60,124 bases of DNA, filler included, from Sphacelaria rigidula (GCA_964200075.2; 5 parts of 5 records of this genome joined end to end with filler, not necessarily neighbours in it), one strand, 5' to 3'. Shown: positions 1 through 13,413, counted from the first letter of the whole stretch. The notes: generated by a model from the sequence alone, not told the origin. Numbers and translations: made by a program.

Positions 1-137
1 AGACGCCAGACACGTCATTCCTGTCCAGCCTCATAGGTCGTTGTGGAGGCCCGGTCCCAGGAGGGTTAAGCATGTAAGCCAGATTTTTGAAACCGATATA
101 TATATCTCGATCATACATCGCAATATCGGTTTTCAAT

Positions 138-455
138 GCCGGTGTCATGGTCCGACTGTCGCTATTAGGGTGGAGAGAACGAGGGTTCGATCCTCTGTGT
201 GTCGAGTTTCTTCTTCGTAGTATTTGATTTCCACTGTGAACAGCGTGAGAACGTGAGTAGATAAAGTAGTCGACTGAGTTTGTTTGACGTGAGCTGACGC
301 GGTGCGGTAGTGCTGATAGCCATGACCCAATCCGCGAGACCAAAATGCAAGGCGTGTACTGGGGACAGATGGGTTGATCCCTTGAGACCACGGACTCGTC
401 CCGAGGAAGGTGAGGAGTTCAGAGTGCGACACATAAATAAATAAATAATAAAAAA
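138..455 (+). mobile_element. tRNA-headed SINE, family 2
   Basis: B-box-like GGTTCGATCC at ~185, 3' end AGTGCGACA followed by a (TAAA)n tail; alignable over ~300 bp to the reverse-strand copy at 58245-58600. Confidence 0.7.
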
Positions 456-949
456 GTAGCGTCGATTTATCGCACCGATGTGTCATATAGCGCAGTTTTT
501 TCTGTCATGCTCCACCTTAGTCTGGTGCGCTCTTCAGTGTGCGCCGCACGGCATACTGCATTGTGTAGAGGAGTGTCTACTCCCACCTGCCCTGCTGTAT
601 CGTCATGGCTGTTGCCAAGTATCCGGGTACAAGACGCGGCCGGCGGGGTTGCCATCTCAGGACAGCACTTTCGAGATATAGTGCAGCATAGCAGCCTTGA
701 TCGTGCCAACAGCAGTACGAGCCTGTAGCCAGCACGCATAGAAGCTGTTGCGTGAAAAAGCTGAACGGCGTGGCGTATTTGGTGGCGCTGTGCTTCTGTG
801 TCAGGTTTACAGACCCCCCCACTCCACCCCTCCCCCTCAGCCTGGTCCGGCGAGAAACTCGGCGTGCTCCGTCCCGGCTTTGTAGGGGCGGATCCCCGAT
901 GGGGGTTGGCGTCGGTTGGCGATGAGTATAAAACACGCCACTCACTGCG

Positions 950-1420
950 TAAGCTAGGTAACCAGGTTACCGATGTTTTTTTGCGCACTTGTGTTTTTTT
1001 TTTGCGGTCACCATGATGGTAGTCGAGCTAGATCATGTTTTGCGGCGTGGGAGAACCTCAACTCTGCACAACGGGGATGATCGTACTACGTAGTGTTTAA
1101 ATGGTGAGACATCCACGAGGCAGCGTATAAGCCGTGGCTGTCTCTGGAGTGGCGATACCTGAACATAAAGCAACTCATTGGAGGCTGTCATCCAAATGCA
1201 AGATCATCAGCAGGCCTCGGGCCGAACAATCTTAGCAGGATGCAGCTTACCCTTCACGCGACTCGCCGACTACACTACGGCGCTTCGCGCTTGGTGATCG
1301 CGTGCGAGCCTGGTCCGGCGAAAACCCGATGTGCTCCGTCCCAGCCTCGTAGGGATGCGAGGTCAATGGTCTTCTATGACTATGGCATGCAAGATCATGA
1401 TTACCCCCCCCCCCCTCCCC
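950..1420 (+). repeat. Dispersed repeat family R (unclassified, ~470 bp)
   Basis: Alignable to 57320-57990 (+) and 12060-12155 (-); partial extra copy at ~838-890. Confidence 0.8.
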
Positions 1421-2908
1421 AACACACACAAAAAGCTGTTGCCCAAGCGAGACTTATTGGCGTTGAAAGTTGCGGAAGCGAGGGTCACCTCAGTCGGTTA
1501 TTGCGTTTTGAACACATGTAGGCAAGTACACGTCAAACAGTTTTGCTACTCCTGACCACGGGCTGGATTGCTGCAATCAGCAAATGTGAGATAATCAATC
1601 AATCAATCAATCAATCAATCAGTCTCGCCCTGCAATCCTCTTTTGGTGAAAATAAAAATAGAGTGGGAATTATTTTTGCGCCCAAGGTACCTACCAGCGG
1701 CGATCTTCGCCTCCACTTCGGTCATCTTCCACAAACTGGCGGAAATCTCAGAAAACGTATCCTTGGAACAGGAGGAAGCATGGAGGCGCTCAAAGGGTCG
1801 AGACGTACCCTCAGTCAAGAAAGGTGCACATCGGAACATGACTTAAATATTCGTGCGAGATCATGTTTGCTTTTGTATTTTCTCCATCGATAGGGGAACC
1901 CACGTGCCAGAAAGGAACTTGTCGGCAGAATGTTGGTGAGGAAAACATAATTTCAACGGCATGAATTGCCGAGGCAGCGTACGAGAAAATTAAGGCTGAG
2001 AAGCTCAAGGTGTCGGACAAAAAATGATTTCACTCAGTTACGTCTTACTCATCCGATAGAAAACTCAGCCCGTGGAAATAGGTCACGCTGACTTGTTATG
2101 CACCATAAATCAGTACAGTAGCTGAGTTATACGGAAACGAGTTATATAAGTTGAATTGTCCGGGGGGGGGGAAGGCAAGGGGTGATATTCCTCGTCACGT
2201 CCGGTACGAGCACAGTACGAAACAGTGCAATGTAGCACAGTACAGCCGTACAGATCAAGCAGTGAAGGCTTGCTTATACCGTACCCACCGGGGGTCTGAA
2301 CGATCAATTCTGGGAGGTACCACTTGTTTGCATCATAGGCATAGTTTCCCGTCGTCCCCCCTTTGTTGAAAAACAGATACTAGTTGAGAGTCGTGCTAGG
2401 GCAGGGACACACCTTTATGGCCAAAAATTGTCTGAGGTATATATTTTCACCCTGCAAAACAAAACTGACATTCAAAACAATTTGTGACGTTTGCCTGCGA
2501 GAGGATCGCCTTACGTTCAGACGAATCTTCGTTCTATAGTAACTGCACTCTCGCACTACGCGTAGTGCGAGTGCGCGAGAATCTATACCAAAGCCCAGTA
2601 CGCTGACCCAGCAAATGTTTGTGCACCCCTACCGTAGCACGACCCTTGAATGAACTTCTTTCATTTTTTTTCGTGCCTTCTCTTCCCTCACCAAAAATAA
2701 ATGCAGGAAAAAAATATGGTTTTCGTTGACAGGAATTTTCTTTAGATCGTTTCTTACGGTTGGTATTAGGGGTGGGGTGTTTTGTCCACACCTGCAGGTA
2801 CCTTCACCTGAAAAGTCTACCAAAATACCAGCTGGGAGCACCCATCTCGTTAGCTATTCCTCGACGCGTACTTCCTTTTGGGAATTTTGTGGAACTGCCA
2901 ACCGTAAG

Positions 2909-3102
2909 TGGGTATCTCAAACTCGAGGTTCCCGGTATATTTCACCGCAATTTACAGTCAAATATTCTGAGAACCTCGACCTTGAGATACTTCTAATAAG
3001 AAACCAGCTCTTTATTAGAGGTATCTCAACCCCAAGATTCCCGATATATTCCACCTAATTTCACAGTTGAATGTATCGGGAACCTCGAGTTTGATATACT
3101 TC
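2909..3102. mobile_element. Two tandem ~85-bp hairpin MITEs (GAGGTATCTCAAACTCGAGGTTCCC TIR family)
   Basis: 2909-2992 and 3018-3102 each carry the TIR and its imperfect reverse complement; further copies at 4089-4146 and 37.6-39.2 kb. Confidence 0.75.
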
Positions 3103-4744
3103 CATTTCCATTTACACCCAATTTCTTGTTTGGCGAATCCAACAGTCCGCTTCATGTGTGTACTGCTGCACAAATGCCTATTTCAGCTTGGGCGTTTTTT
3201 CCCCCACCCGAGATGAGGGCGATCTGGACTCTGGAATGGCTTTGTCCCACCACAGAGTAAATGCCGTGTCAACGCCTATGAGAGGACATCAGCACACCTT
3301 GGCCATTTTTTTGTGCGTGCACGTTGACTCTACCCCAAGTTAGGGTTAATTAATAACATACGTGAAACTTCGTTGCAACTACAGCTAGTAAATAATGCGT
3401 ACTGTTTCCGTTAGTGTTTCGCCGTCAGGTGAAGTGTCATCATGCGCTCAGAGGAAGTACAGGCAGTAGTAGCATACATACACCGTATGACTCGATTCTA
3501 CCCGGAGAATATTTTGACTAAACCTGTACCATAGCGTTCAACCAGGTTGCCCGCTGCGAAAAGTTCGACTGTATACTCGTGTTTAGTTGAACTGCTCCTG
3601 AACTCAAACTCGAGGTTTCTAATTATAGAATACAGCAGGAGCCTCGAGTTTGTTGTGTGTTCTGTGTTGTCCCATCTAATTGAAATGATCCAGTCGTGAA
3701 TACATGCTGTACTGACTGTAATTTTCTGGTGCATTTTTTCTTCTTCTCTCGTCTGGGGTGTCTCATCATGTCACCACAGCTGGATCCCTGGGAGATCAGG
3801 CAAAGTGCGACAATTAGTCAATCAATCAATCAATCAATCAATCTACAGTACACCCTCCAGTCTCTTTTATACATCATCGTACCATGACTGCGAGGAAAAT
3901 GGTTGCGCAGCTGAAGCATGAAAAACTGCACAGGTCGTACTCGTAGACTGTTATAGTTACAGTCAGTGGTATAGTAGAGCCAGTTGAATACAGAACAGAA
4001 CGGAACAGTGCGGCGTATGCAGGACAGCCGGCGCCGCCCACTGCAGCCGGCTCCCACGTACCTGATGCATCAGTCGACACTCACAACAGGATCTCAAACT
4101 TGAGGTTTTGAATATTTACTGGGAACTTCGAGGTTGGGATACCTCCATTACTCAGGCACGACGTGTGTGGTCAGGATTACGTATGAAGCTCTGCTGAGGC
4201 ACGCGCTTCATGCCATACTCGGGAATTCTTCCAAGCTGCGCGAAAGAGCAAGCCGATAATCGCCAACCCACGGACTTCGAGGTTCTCCCGCGACAAACAA
4301 CGGCCGAATAAATAGACAGCGCTATGATTTCCTTGAACGTGTACCCGCACCCGTACAGCGGTCCGTCAACGGAATGCACGGATGCTACATAACAAGGCAG
4401 GGTAGAGTAGCGGAGGGGTTCCACTATTGCGTACTGTTCTCTCTTCTGCCTGTGCCTCTCCCCTCTCATTTCCGTTACTGGTGGGTACGGAAACGGTCGT
4501 TGCATCACATGCGTGATCCCCCGCCTTTCCCACCTCTCCCCCAGTGCCCAACAGACGAACACCAGAAAAAAAAAACTCATCAAACGTGCATAAAAATAGA
4601 CACCTGTAGGCCGGGGGGGCTCTGAAACCTGACACCATCGCAGCCATGGACCCGGAGAGGGTAAAAAAAAACGAAAGGAGGGAAATCTGATGCCAAAACG
4701 AGGAAATGAATCAAAAACAGTCTTCATGCACCTTATTGATTTAA

Positions 4745-5598
4745 AGAATCGACTTGAGGCAGATTACGTTCTTGAGGTACGTTATTGCATACTTTGTCTG
4801 CCACAAGTCTACCCTCTTCTTGTGCATGGCCGATCATGACGAGGACCAAGTGGATTGGAATAGGAGACGAGAGGATTGGATGCAAGTTGCGAAAGGGGAG
4901 ATGGTGATCAGGAACCAGTGCTTCATACATGTTTGTTCATTTATAGACCGTGCAGTGAGCCAGCCGCCAGGGTACAAAAATAGCGCCCGGATCAACGCTC
5001 TGAAACATTTTGAGTGGACTGGTTGCTTGAATAAAAGGGCCGATATACATGATGTATCCATCCCCGTATTTTCTGTTCCAAGCCACTCATGCATCCTGGA
5101 CTAGGGATATTTGCCATGTGCACAGCAAGCGAACCCACTTGAGACCCCAACTCAGGCAGAGGAAGTCTGTCGTATGTCAGATGGAAGGCGCGACTCTCTT
5201 GTTCAAGCTGCATGTTAAATTGCGTCCATGACATCTGCAGGTATGCTTGTAACCCGACACAGGGAGCCTTGGAGAGACGGAGAAAGAAGCCGAAAAAGCA
5301 CACACACACCCGCCAACAAAAATACGAAATCAATCTACGCCAACAAGTACCACGACGCGTTGTCTTCAGTCATGAACATCACTCACCCCTCTGCTGCGCG
5401 TTCAATCTCTGCAAATGAAGCCTACTTCTTCTTGTCGTCGAACGCTGCCCCTTTGGCGAGCTGGTGCTCGCAATATTTGCCGTCTTTGCAGCGTCCTCCC
5501 ACACTGCACCCCTGTTTGTAACTTTCGCTATAAGCAGTCTTAATCAATCGTCAAGAATATGACGATATGTCTGCCGGGCACCTGGGAGTTGGGGTTAA
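4745..5598 (+). pseudogene. Possible piggyBac 3' remnant
   Basis: Broken Cys-rich-like segment (RQRKSVVCQME...HVKLRP*HLQVCL) followed by a GGGG|TTAA end at 5591-5598; heavily decayed. Confidence 0.3.
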
Positions 5599-6879
5599 TG
5601 GTTGATTCTCCTAACGCAAGTTTTCACGAAAATTCCGATACTGTTGTCCCGCCGATTTCAATCGTGTAATCTTTTCGTCCCTGTACAGGCGCAACGACCT
5701 CGCAGCCAACAGCAGGCGCTGTTTATTCAACACTAATGTGCGGAAATAATAAGAATAATAATAATAATAATGTAACCGCACGGCGAGTGCCTCCCTCCTC
5801 GAAAAGGCACGCTCGCTCCTCGGCACACCCTCTGACGACGGTCACGTAGATTTCATGTTCTGAAGCAAGAGTTGCAGTGGTGATCGAGTCGATGCTGACA
5901 AGCAAATAGTAGCACCGTTGTATTCGCAGAGCTAACTCCCTCGCTACCCAAAATCTCCCTCCCCAGTTTACAAGTATCGCTGCACCAAGAACATTCAAGA
6001 CCAGGTAGCATTTGCTTGCCGTGTCGTTACCGCTAATCCATGGGCAGGCGGGTGCGGTTCTATGTTGCGGTTGGTGAAGACCTTATATTATATATTTTGA
6101 CAAGTGTGTTGAAGACGAAGACTTGAAACACAACGGACCGTCACTGGTCGTAATAGTCATCTCGACTGCGGATATCTATCTCGTTGCTGTAGGTGTACAT
6201 GCGAAGCCTTGAAAAGCAACGTACGACTGTGCGCAGGCTGGCCCACTCATTGCTCACAATGGCTGTGGACTGTGGGCCTGTCGAATCACCGTTGTGAGGG
6301 CAATTTTCAATGTTGTCCCATGCTCTTTGTGGTGTTCGACAGCATCTATTGGCCCGGTAGGTGAAGAACGTACATTCTGATGAGCAGACAAGGTATGGTC
6401 CACAGTCGGTTTCTACGGTGCCATGATGCAGTCGTGCTGTTGTGTACTGGTTGCAAGTGGTGGCGGCTGCACACCATGCGGCAGATAAATTAACCCTATA
6501 TTACCGTATTTTTATACCTTTTGTGCGCACGAAGGTTCTTCGATACTCTGCAGCTTCTTCATGTATTTGCCGATTCATCTGTTTTTTGTTTCAGTGGAGT
6601 TGTCATGTTCTGTTATCGCCAGCGCTGACTGTTTGTGTGCGTGTGCTTGTTGCTCGGGGTGACGTGTGTGGTTACATTTATGGTCGCGGTATCGCCAAAT
6701 CGCACAATCTTTCACTATCTTCGCTTCGCTTCGATTGTCAGAGACAGAAACAACATTGTATACTTTTTGCACGGCCCGTTTTTAAAGCCTTCCTAGTTTT
6801 GTCTGTACATATATTTACATATATTCGAGTATGTATAACAATGTCATAACTCGGGAAGGGCAGCGAGGGTGCTTCGAAG

Positions 6880-7150
6880 TTTGACCGTACTTTCAGAGAG
6901 GGCAGCAGCATCCGAAACGAGCTTGCACGACGGATCGATATTAGGGTCGGGGGCGTGCCCACGCTGGTCTGCGTTATTCAAAGGGTGAACTATGGTCAAG
7001 AGGGGCTTGGGTGTCCCGTAGTTATTTGACCTTACTTTCCGAGGGTACAGCATCCGTAACGAGCTTGCGATGGTTCCATGTTGAGGCTGAACGGGTACAG
7101 GCCTACGTTGACCGCCTACTTTGATGTTGTTCGAAGGGTACAGTAGTCCG
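6880..7150 (+). repeat. Degenerate tandem repeat, ~145-bp period
   Basis: TTGACC.TACTTT..GAGGG..CAGCATCCG.AACGAGCTTGC at ~6881 and ~7026, partial third unit at ~7109. Confidence 0.6.
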
Positions 7151-8868
7151 TCTCGATCACGTATACTTTTTGCGAGTGAAATTTGATGCTGATTGAGCAG
7201 GTGACCTATATACCCTCGCGGTCAATGAACCACTGCAGTCGCTGTCGCGTCATACCCCTTCGGTTGATCGTTGGGAAGACGGATTCTGCGAATGATCCCG
7301 TCGGCAAATACGCACGCCCCCATCGCTACTCCTACTACTGACTGCACTGACTCTATCTTCTAACCGAAGTGAAATACATTTCTGTATCTACCTCCGTTAA
7401 CAAACAGGGATTGTATCGCCTGTAAAACTTCTTCTGATTGAGTGTGCTCGGACTTTTTTTCATCATGCAGTAAAACAACAGAAGAACAACGATGAAGGTC
7501 GATGAAGCAGCCTCAGCCGAAAAGGGGAGCTCCCTGTGGACATACCTTCGTGCATTTTCAAGGGAAAACCGGTCACCGGACGTGCTGTCATGTACACGTC
7601 GTCAACCGCTGTCAACATAGCGAGGACAGACGGGAGTGACACCCTGAAACAGTCGTGAAAGATTGCCCAGCGAGAAGTAGGTTGGAATAGGATCGCCCTC
7701 CCCCCTCCTCAGAGGTCTTCTTCGATGATGAAGAAAAATCCCTACCTGCAACTTTTTGTCTCGATCAGAATACTGCTGTTGTACAAAACTGAAGAAGACA
7801 TGAACCACGAAGAAACCCCGTTTGTGCATGCCAGCAACGCTCACGCTCTCTTGGTGAGACTGAACACCGATTCTCGGATCTTCACAGTGGCTAAACCTCC
7901 CAAGTACTTCAAGGTTGCCTGCCTATTATATGTTTTCTCGAAATCGGCGTCGATTTGAGGCCTGCCAACTCACACGTTGTCTAGAGCAACCTTTGCACCC
8001 CCCTTTTGGCAACAAGCAACCTTTGCACCCCCTTCACCTGGAGGTTCTCTCATGCCTCGGTGTCAGGGCTGGGGATAGGGTTAGGGTTAGTGTAAGCTCA
8101 AAATAAGAAATTTCCGAGGACGCGTTGTCAACCGTTTCAAGTACCAAAGGGTAGGCATGCCTTGTGCATGGAGCTCTAAACTGAAGAGTTCTCGTGTCTT
8201 CTCGGGGTTGAGGAGAGGGGAGCAGGGATTTCGATACTCGTAGCAATCTGGTGGAAGGTCAACCCTTGGAGCGCTATCAGATGGCCTCCTGACTACGGCT
8301 CTCATTTTGGAGTGTGTTTGTGGTGAGTGACTTCGAGACCGAACTGGTCCACGATCAACTCCCATATATTGTTCATTTTACATACTGTATATTGTCCAGA
8401 AACAGATGATCCCCCGAACTGGAGCAAGTCAGCCGAAAATGCAAAAACGTGACTGCGACATCTCCCAGTGAAGCATTACCTCCGTCTTCATTCTGCAGAC
8501 ATCACGAAAGCATTGGGTCACACGGGCACCACAGCAGTCAGGACAGTGGCTGAACAGCCTGAAATGGAGAAATAGTCTGCATTAGCTAGTTGTGGTACAT
8601 CATTAGAATAAATCTCGACATGGTGCTTCTACGCGTGAGTACACCTCATGCTTCGTGATTGATCATTACGCGTCGCATGTCGCATGAGCCCGCACTACTT
8701 TGCTTTATTATACGGCGACGGCATCGAGCGCCCCAAGAAGTATTATTGTCTACCGAGACTGTACTGTACCACCGAGGCTTTGCCATGCGGCTGTTACGGA
8801 ATCGTCTACACATTCCTCCATCTAGTCAATGTGTAGTAGCACTGCTAATTCATTGCTCATTGTTGTAG

Positions 8869-9249
8869 TGTGGCTATAAAGTACAGTCGGTATAATATGT
8901 GTCGGTTGACATGTAACGTCTGCCGAGGAATATGCGAACGTCTGTAAAGCGGATGTTGATGAGCTATGCTCGGTGTTCGAGCTCACTACTTGTTTACCTT
9001 CCTGGTTTGTCTGGGTCCCTTATCACCTCTAGGAGCACCATCCTACCTGGGCAATCAGCAGCCTATGTCTGTCTGTTTTATTTGTCTGTGTTGGCCGCAA
9101 GCGCCTTGTTTACAAGATCGAACCGTTGTCTTCTGCTCTGAAGTACTTGTACTTCTGCTGCCCAAACTTTCCGACTCCCTGGATCCGAGTAACCTCGGTG
9201 GAGTCAGCCTCTGATCCCGCGTGCAGGGATACACACAACAATATCCACA
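8869..9249 (+). repeat. 5' LTR of copia element 1
   Basis: Starts TGTGGCTAT, ends ATATCCACA (8/9 inverted match), immediately upstream of a PBS and gag. Confidence 0.7.
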
Positions 9250-9252
9250 AGA

Positions 9253-9263
9253 GGTTATGAGCC
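9253..9263 (+). promoter_or_regulatory. Primer binding site (internal tRNA-iMet type)
   Basis: GGTTATGAGCC, complementary to the initiator-Met anticodon arm, 3 nt after the LTR-terminal CA. Confidence 0.75.
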
Positions 9264-10588
9264 TCGATAAGCACTGTTTGGAAGTTGCAGTTGATTTGCT
9301 ACACAAGACAGAGAGTGACTGAGGCTTCGGCTGGAGGTTTACTTTGAGTCGCCGCGCTTGCTGTTTGGACGCGGACTGATCACCCGGCATTCAAGACTGC
9401 ACAAGATAAGGACATGGTACGTTGTATCTGTGTAGAGCATTCGGGGGACATTGTGTCTACGAGCCGCTTCCGGGCGGCGCATAGAGCTTTGCACACTTGA
9501 GGGTTGTAGCAAATCTCAAAATAGAGCCTGCGCACAAACTGCGCAGCAAAGTCTGCTGAGAGTCAGACTTTGGCCTGATAGCACCGTAACACTGTGTTTG
9601 TCAGCCGAATTAAGCCTACACTTTACAGGGTGTAGCCTACACTGGTGGTGTAGTGTCTGAGCAGTACATCTGACCAGTGTGCCTGTAGGACGTGGCCGGA
9701 GTTGGCAACTCCGGCGTCACAACAACGCAGCTTAGCTACCTGCGGTCGGTGAGTAAGTCACAAACTTACTTTATAGCTTGTCTGAATCACCCTCAGGGGG
9801 GCCTCTACTTACTTTGGACAATATTACGCGCCTGTGGCGCTCATCAGGTTCATCGGATCTCCGGGCGGGCAGTCATGGCGGAATCGTCTTCCTTACATGA
9901 GACATTACAGTTTATATCGAAATGCTCGGGCCCTGGGTATCGCGAATGGAAGTCGAAAATGCGTCAGGCTATCGGCTTTCATTCGCTCGACATAATGCCA
10001 GTTTTGGACGGGACTCCGCGTCCTCATCCCTCGGCCACGAATAGTGAAGATGTCGCTAAATGGGATCGAGCGAACGGAAACCTTTTCTCACTTTTATACT
10101 TCGCAACGGAAGGATCCGCACACATAACTGTAAAAGCGCACGAAGCGACTTCTGCAGCTGGATCTCTTGGAAACGGAGCGGCGGCATGGAAAGCGCTCGA
10201 CGATAGATTTGACGGAAATACAAATACTCGACGATAGATTTGACCGAAGACTGAAGACGCTTCAGTGAATCAAATACTCGATCTCATGAAAGAAATCACG
10301 TCTCGAGATCTACGTGCTGCTCCTGAACGTTCGGCATCGACTGAACCATCGCTGGTCGAAGAGTCAGTTCCATCGGGCGTTTACACCAGAACGCGTGGAC
10401 AGACTAATCAACGTGTGCCTTCAGAGCGTAATCAACGTGTGTCTGCGTCGAGAACAGCCCGAGAACTTAGGAAACTTGCTTACTTCGCTAAAGGGGAGTT
10501 TCCAGACGTGGTACACACACATGAATAGCGTAGTCTGGTCGAGTATGCCTACGCAGCGACAAATACACAACTTCGATCGGGAACGATC

Positions 10589-11901
10589 GAGGTCCCGACG
10601 AACTTTGAAGAAGCTATGAAGTTGCCGGAATCTACGATGTGGAAAGAAGCAGCTCGAAAGGAATTAAACTGTCTGCAAGACCTGAAAGTTTACACTCTCG
10701 TCCAAAAGACAGATGTTCCTCTGGGATTGAAAATTATCGGCTCTAAGTGGGTCTTGAAAGTCAAGCTGGACAAGACATATAAAGCCAGACTGGTCGCACA
10801 GGGCTGGAATAAAGTCCCCGGGAAAGACTGTGGCGGCACCTTCGCTCCCGTTTGCCGACTACAAAGCATTCAGATGGTGCTCGCGATCGCTACTGAGTAA
10901 AACTGGGAAGTAATCCAGCTTGACATGAAGACTGCTTCTCTTTATGCGGACATCGAGGAAGACGTGTTCATAAAAATGGCGCCTGGTTTCGAGACCACAA
11001 ATATGGATGGAATCCAACTTGTCATGAAGCTGGAAAAGAGCCTCTACGGGCTAGCCCAAAGTCCACGCAATTGGTGGAAAACAATAGATCCGAAACTGAT
11101 AGAGCTTGGATTCACGTCTCTGAAATCAGATCCCTGCGTCTACACATACAGCCATAATAAGACGATTGTGATCATTACCCTCTACGTCGACGATCTCCTT
11201 GTCGCTGGGAGTAACCTCAGCGTGATCGAAGATATCAAGAGGAAGCTCATGGATAAGTTCAAGATGAGTGGCATGGGGAATGCATCGCTTGTACTGGGGA
11301 TGCAAGTCACTCGCGATCGCAAAGAAGGTACGCTCACCATCACTCAGGAGGAATATACAAGATCAATTCTTGAACGATTTGGAATGGAACACTGCAAGCC
11401 TGTGTACACCCCGGGATTCGGTTCGGAGTTGTCTACAGAACAACCGGAGGAGACTCTTCTCAGCGAAGAAGAAATTCAGAAGTATCAGGCCATAACAGGT
11501 TCTGTTATATACCTAGCGCCGATCACACGTTACGGCGTGATGTATGCATCCTGCCAGCTTGCTCGTGCAATGTCGAAGCCAGCCAAAGTTCACATGGGCG
11601 CTGCGAAGCATCTTTTACGGTATCTTGCTGGAACAAAGGCATATACAAGCGAGGAGGATTTAAGCTCACTGCGTTTTCGGATGCAAACTGGGGTAACAAC
11701 CCTGACAACGGTAGATCGACCTCAGCTTATCTCATGATGATGTGTAAGACGCCAGTAAGCTTCAAGTCAGGAATTCAGAGCCTGACAGCGATGTCAACCA
11801 TGGAGGCAGAACTGGTGGCTGCAGCTCTGACAATGAAGGAGGCTGTGTTTTGCTTGAACATGATGACCGAGTTGAGTTACGGACAGCAGTTCAGACAAGT
11901 G

Positions 11902-11902
<1 letters not shown>
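10589..11902 (+). pseudogene. Copia reverse transcriptase (RVT_2) and RNase H, disrupted
   Basis: In-frame TAA at 10898-10900 and a frameshift near 11645 split the reading frame into ORFs 10616-10900, 10925-11737 and 11734-. Confidence 0.93.

Positions 11903-11946
<44 letters not shown>
11903..11946. repeat. (TAT)n microsatellite at contig end
   Basis: Direct reading. Confidence 0.95.
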
Positions 11947-12046
11947 NNNNNNNNNNNNNNNNNNNNNNNNNNNNNNNNNNNNNNNNNNNNTTAATTAATT
12001 AANNNNNNNNNNNNNNNNNNNNNNNNNNNNNNNNNNNNNNNNNNNN
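11947..12046. other. Artificial contig linker 1 (44N-TTAATTAATTAA-44N)
   Basis: 100-bp spacer with a six-frame stop 12-mer at 11991-12002; identical design repeats every 12045 bp. Confidence 0.97.
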
Positions 12047-13352
12047 AAGCTTATTGATTATCTTGCATTTGGATGACAGCCTTCAATGAGTTGCTTCATT
12101 TTCTGGCATTGCCGATTCCAGAGACAGTCACGGCTTATACACTGCCTCATGGCATGTGCGGGGGGGGGGGTAAGAAAACACCACCACCTAGCAGAAATTT
12201 CGTGTAGCATCCGCTCGATCTCAAAAAGGAATTACCCAGAATGTCTGTCGTGGCGGGCAACGATAGTTGTATTGTATCTCTTGCCCATATTCACGGCTTT
12301 CGTTCAAGCTACGAGATCGTCGCTGACCTCCTCGTATATGGAGAAATATGTCGACTTATGTTCGGCTCCAAGTCATAGCTGCTTTGGGGTAGATCTTTTG
12401 CCGTTAGTGGCGCAGAAAAGGACCGATGGTTGACGTAATTGAATTCAATACAATTAATCTATTTCAATGCAGAGGTTACGTTTAGACTATCTTCGAAGGC
12501 AGTGAACAATCTCGACTTTTTCGAGCATCAGGAACAAAAAAATCGGGAAACGCATTTCATGGATCCCGATTTGGACCAAACCGGGGTAGGAAAAAATCGG
12601 AGTGTCACGATCTTGCAACTGTTTTCGCCGATTTTTTCGAAAAAATCGGGAGAAATCGTTCCGAGATCGTGACTTCCCCCGATTCTTTTGAGGTGACGTA
12701 CGTGCATTGACGTACAGTGGGAGGGTACGAGGTGTTTGATACTTTTGCAACCGCAGCAGAAGACGGTCTCGTGACAGCAGGGCGAGCCTGCCCGTGCCAG
12801 CTGCTGAAGCAGCTTCGCACGGGGTTTGACAAGGGGATAATAAGTGCTGACGTCATATCCTGCGGTGATGGTAATATTTTATGCTGCACTGCGCTGCCAT
12901 ATGTATCACTAAAATGAACAATACTGTACTCTCCTAGTCTGCCGCCACTGTACTTGCGGGGTGATGTATGGCACTGCACTACTGAACTCTGCTCGCGCAC
13001 TGTTTGTTCCCTGTTGTCGCAATACCGACTGTGCCATCATGTATCACCACACGGCATTATCATGTGCTGTGCTGATGGAGTGTGCTGTAATGGCTTATCC
13101 TAGGGTACCAAGGTACGACACTGTACTCGAAGGATTATTCATCGTCTGCCTGCTCTTCGGCTTCATGCACGAGTACGCGCAGTACCACGCTCGTGCAGAA
13201 AATGAACCTCCGTGTACAGAACCATTTCACAAATCTGTGATACTCTCTGTACCATAAAAAGGGTCCCCCGATTTGGAAGAAATCGGGGTCTCAAAAACAT
13301 CGAGATTCGTTGCAATAAAGTTGGTCTTAGTCCTGCGCCAATATTAATAAAT

Positions 13353-13354
<2 letters not shown>

Positions 13355-13413
<59 letters not shown>

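Larger units (their letters stand above)
8869..11902 (+). mobile_element. Ty1/copia LTR retrotransposon 1, internally deleted and 3'-truncated by contig end
   Basis: LTR + PBS; gag N-terminus (from ATG ~9875, YREWKSKM...AAWKALDDRF); RT (EVPTNFEEAM, KARLVAQG, KSLYGLAQSPRNW, LYVDDLL); RNase H (FSDANWG...STMEAELVA). No protease or integrase. Confidence 0.95.

Noticed and set aside
5180-5260. TnpB/Fanzor zinc finger (CSSC...HDIC)
   Set aside because: No RuvC motifs or long ORF; the resemblance is too weak.
8070-8092. Telomere or interstitial telomeric array (also 27285-27300)
   Set aside because: Only two to three imperfect TTAGGG units.
11991-12002. TTAATTAATTAA as a biological motif
   Set aside because: Always centred in 44N+44N at fixed spacing; assembly linker.
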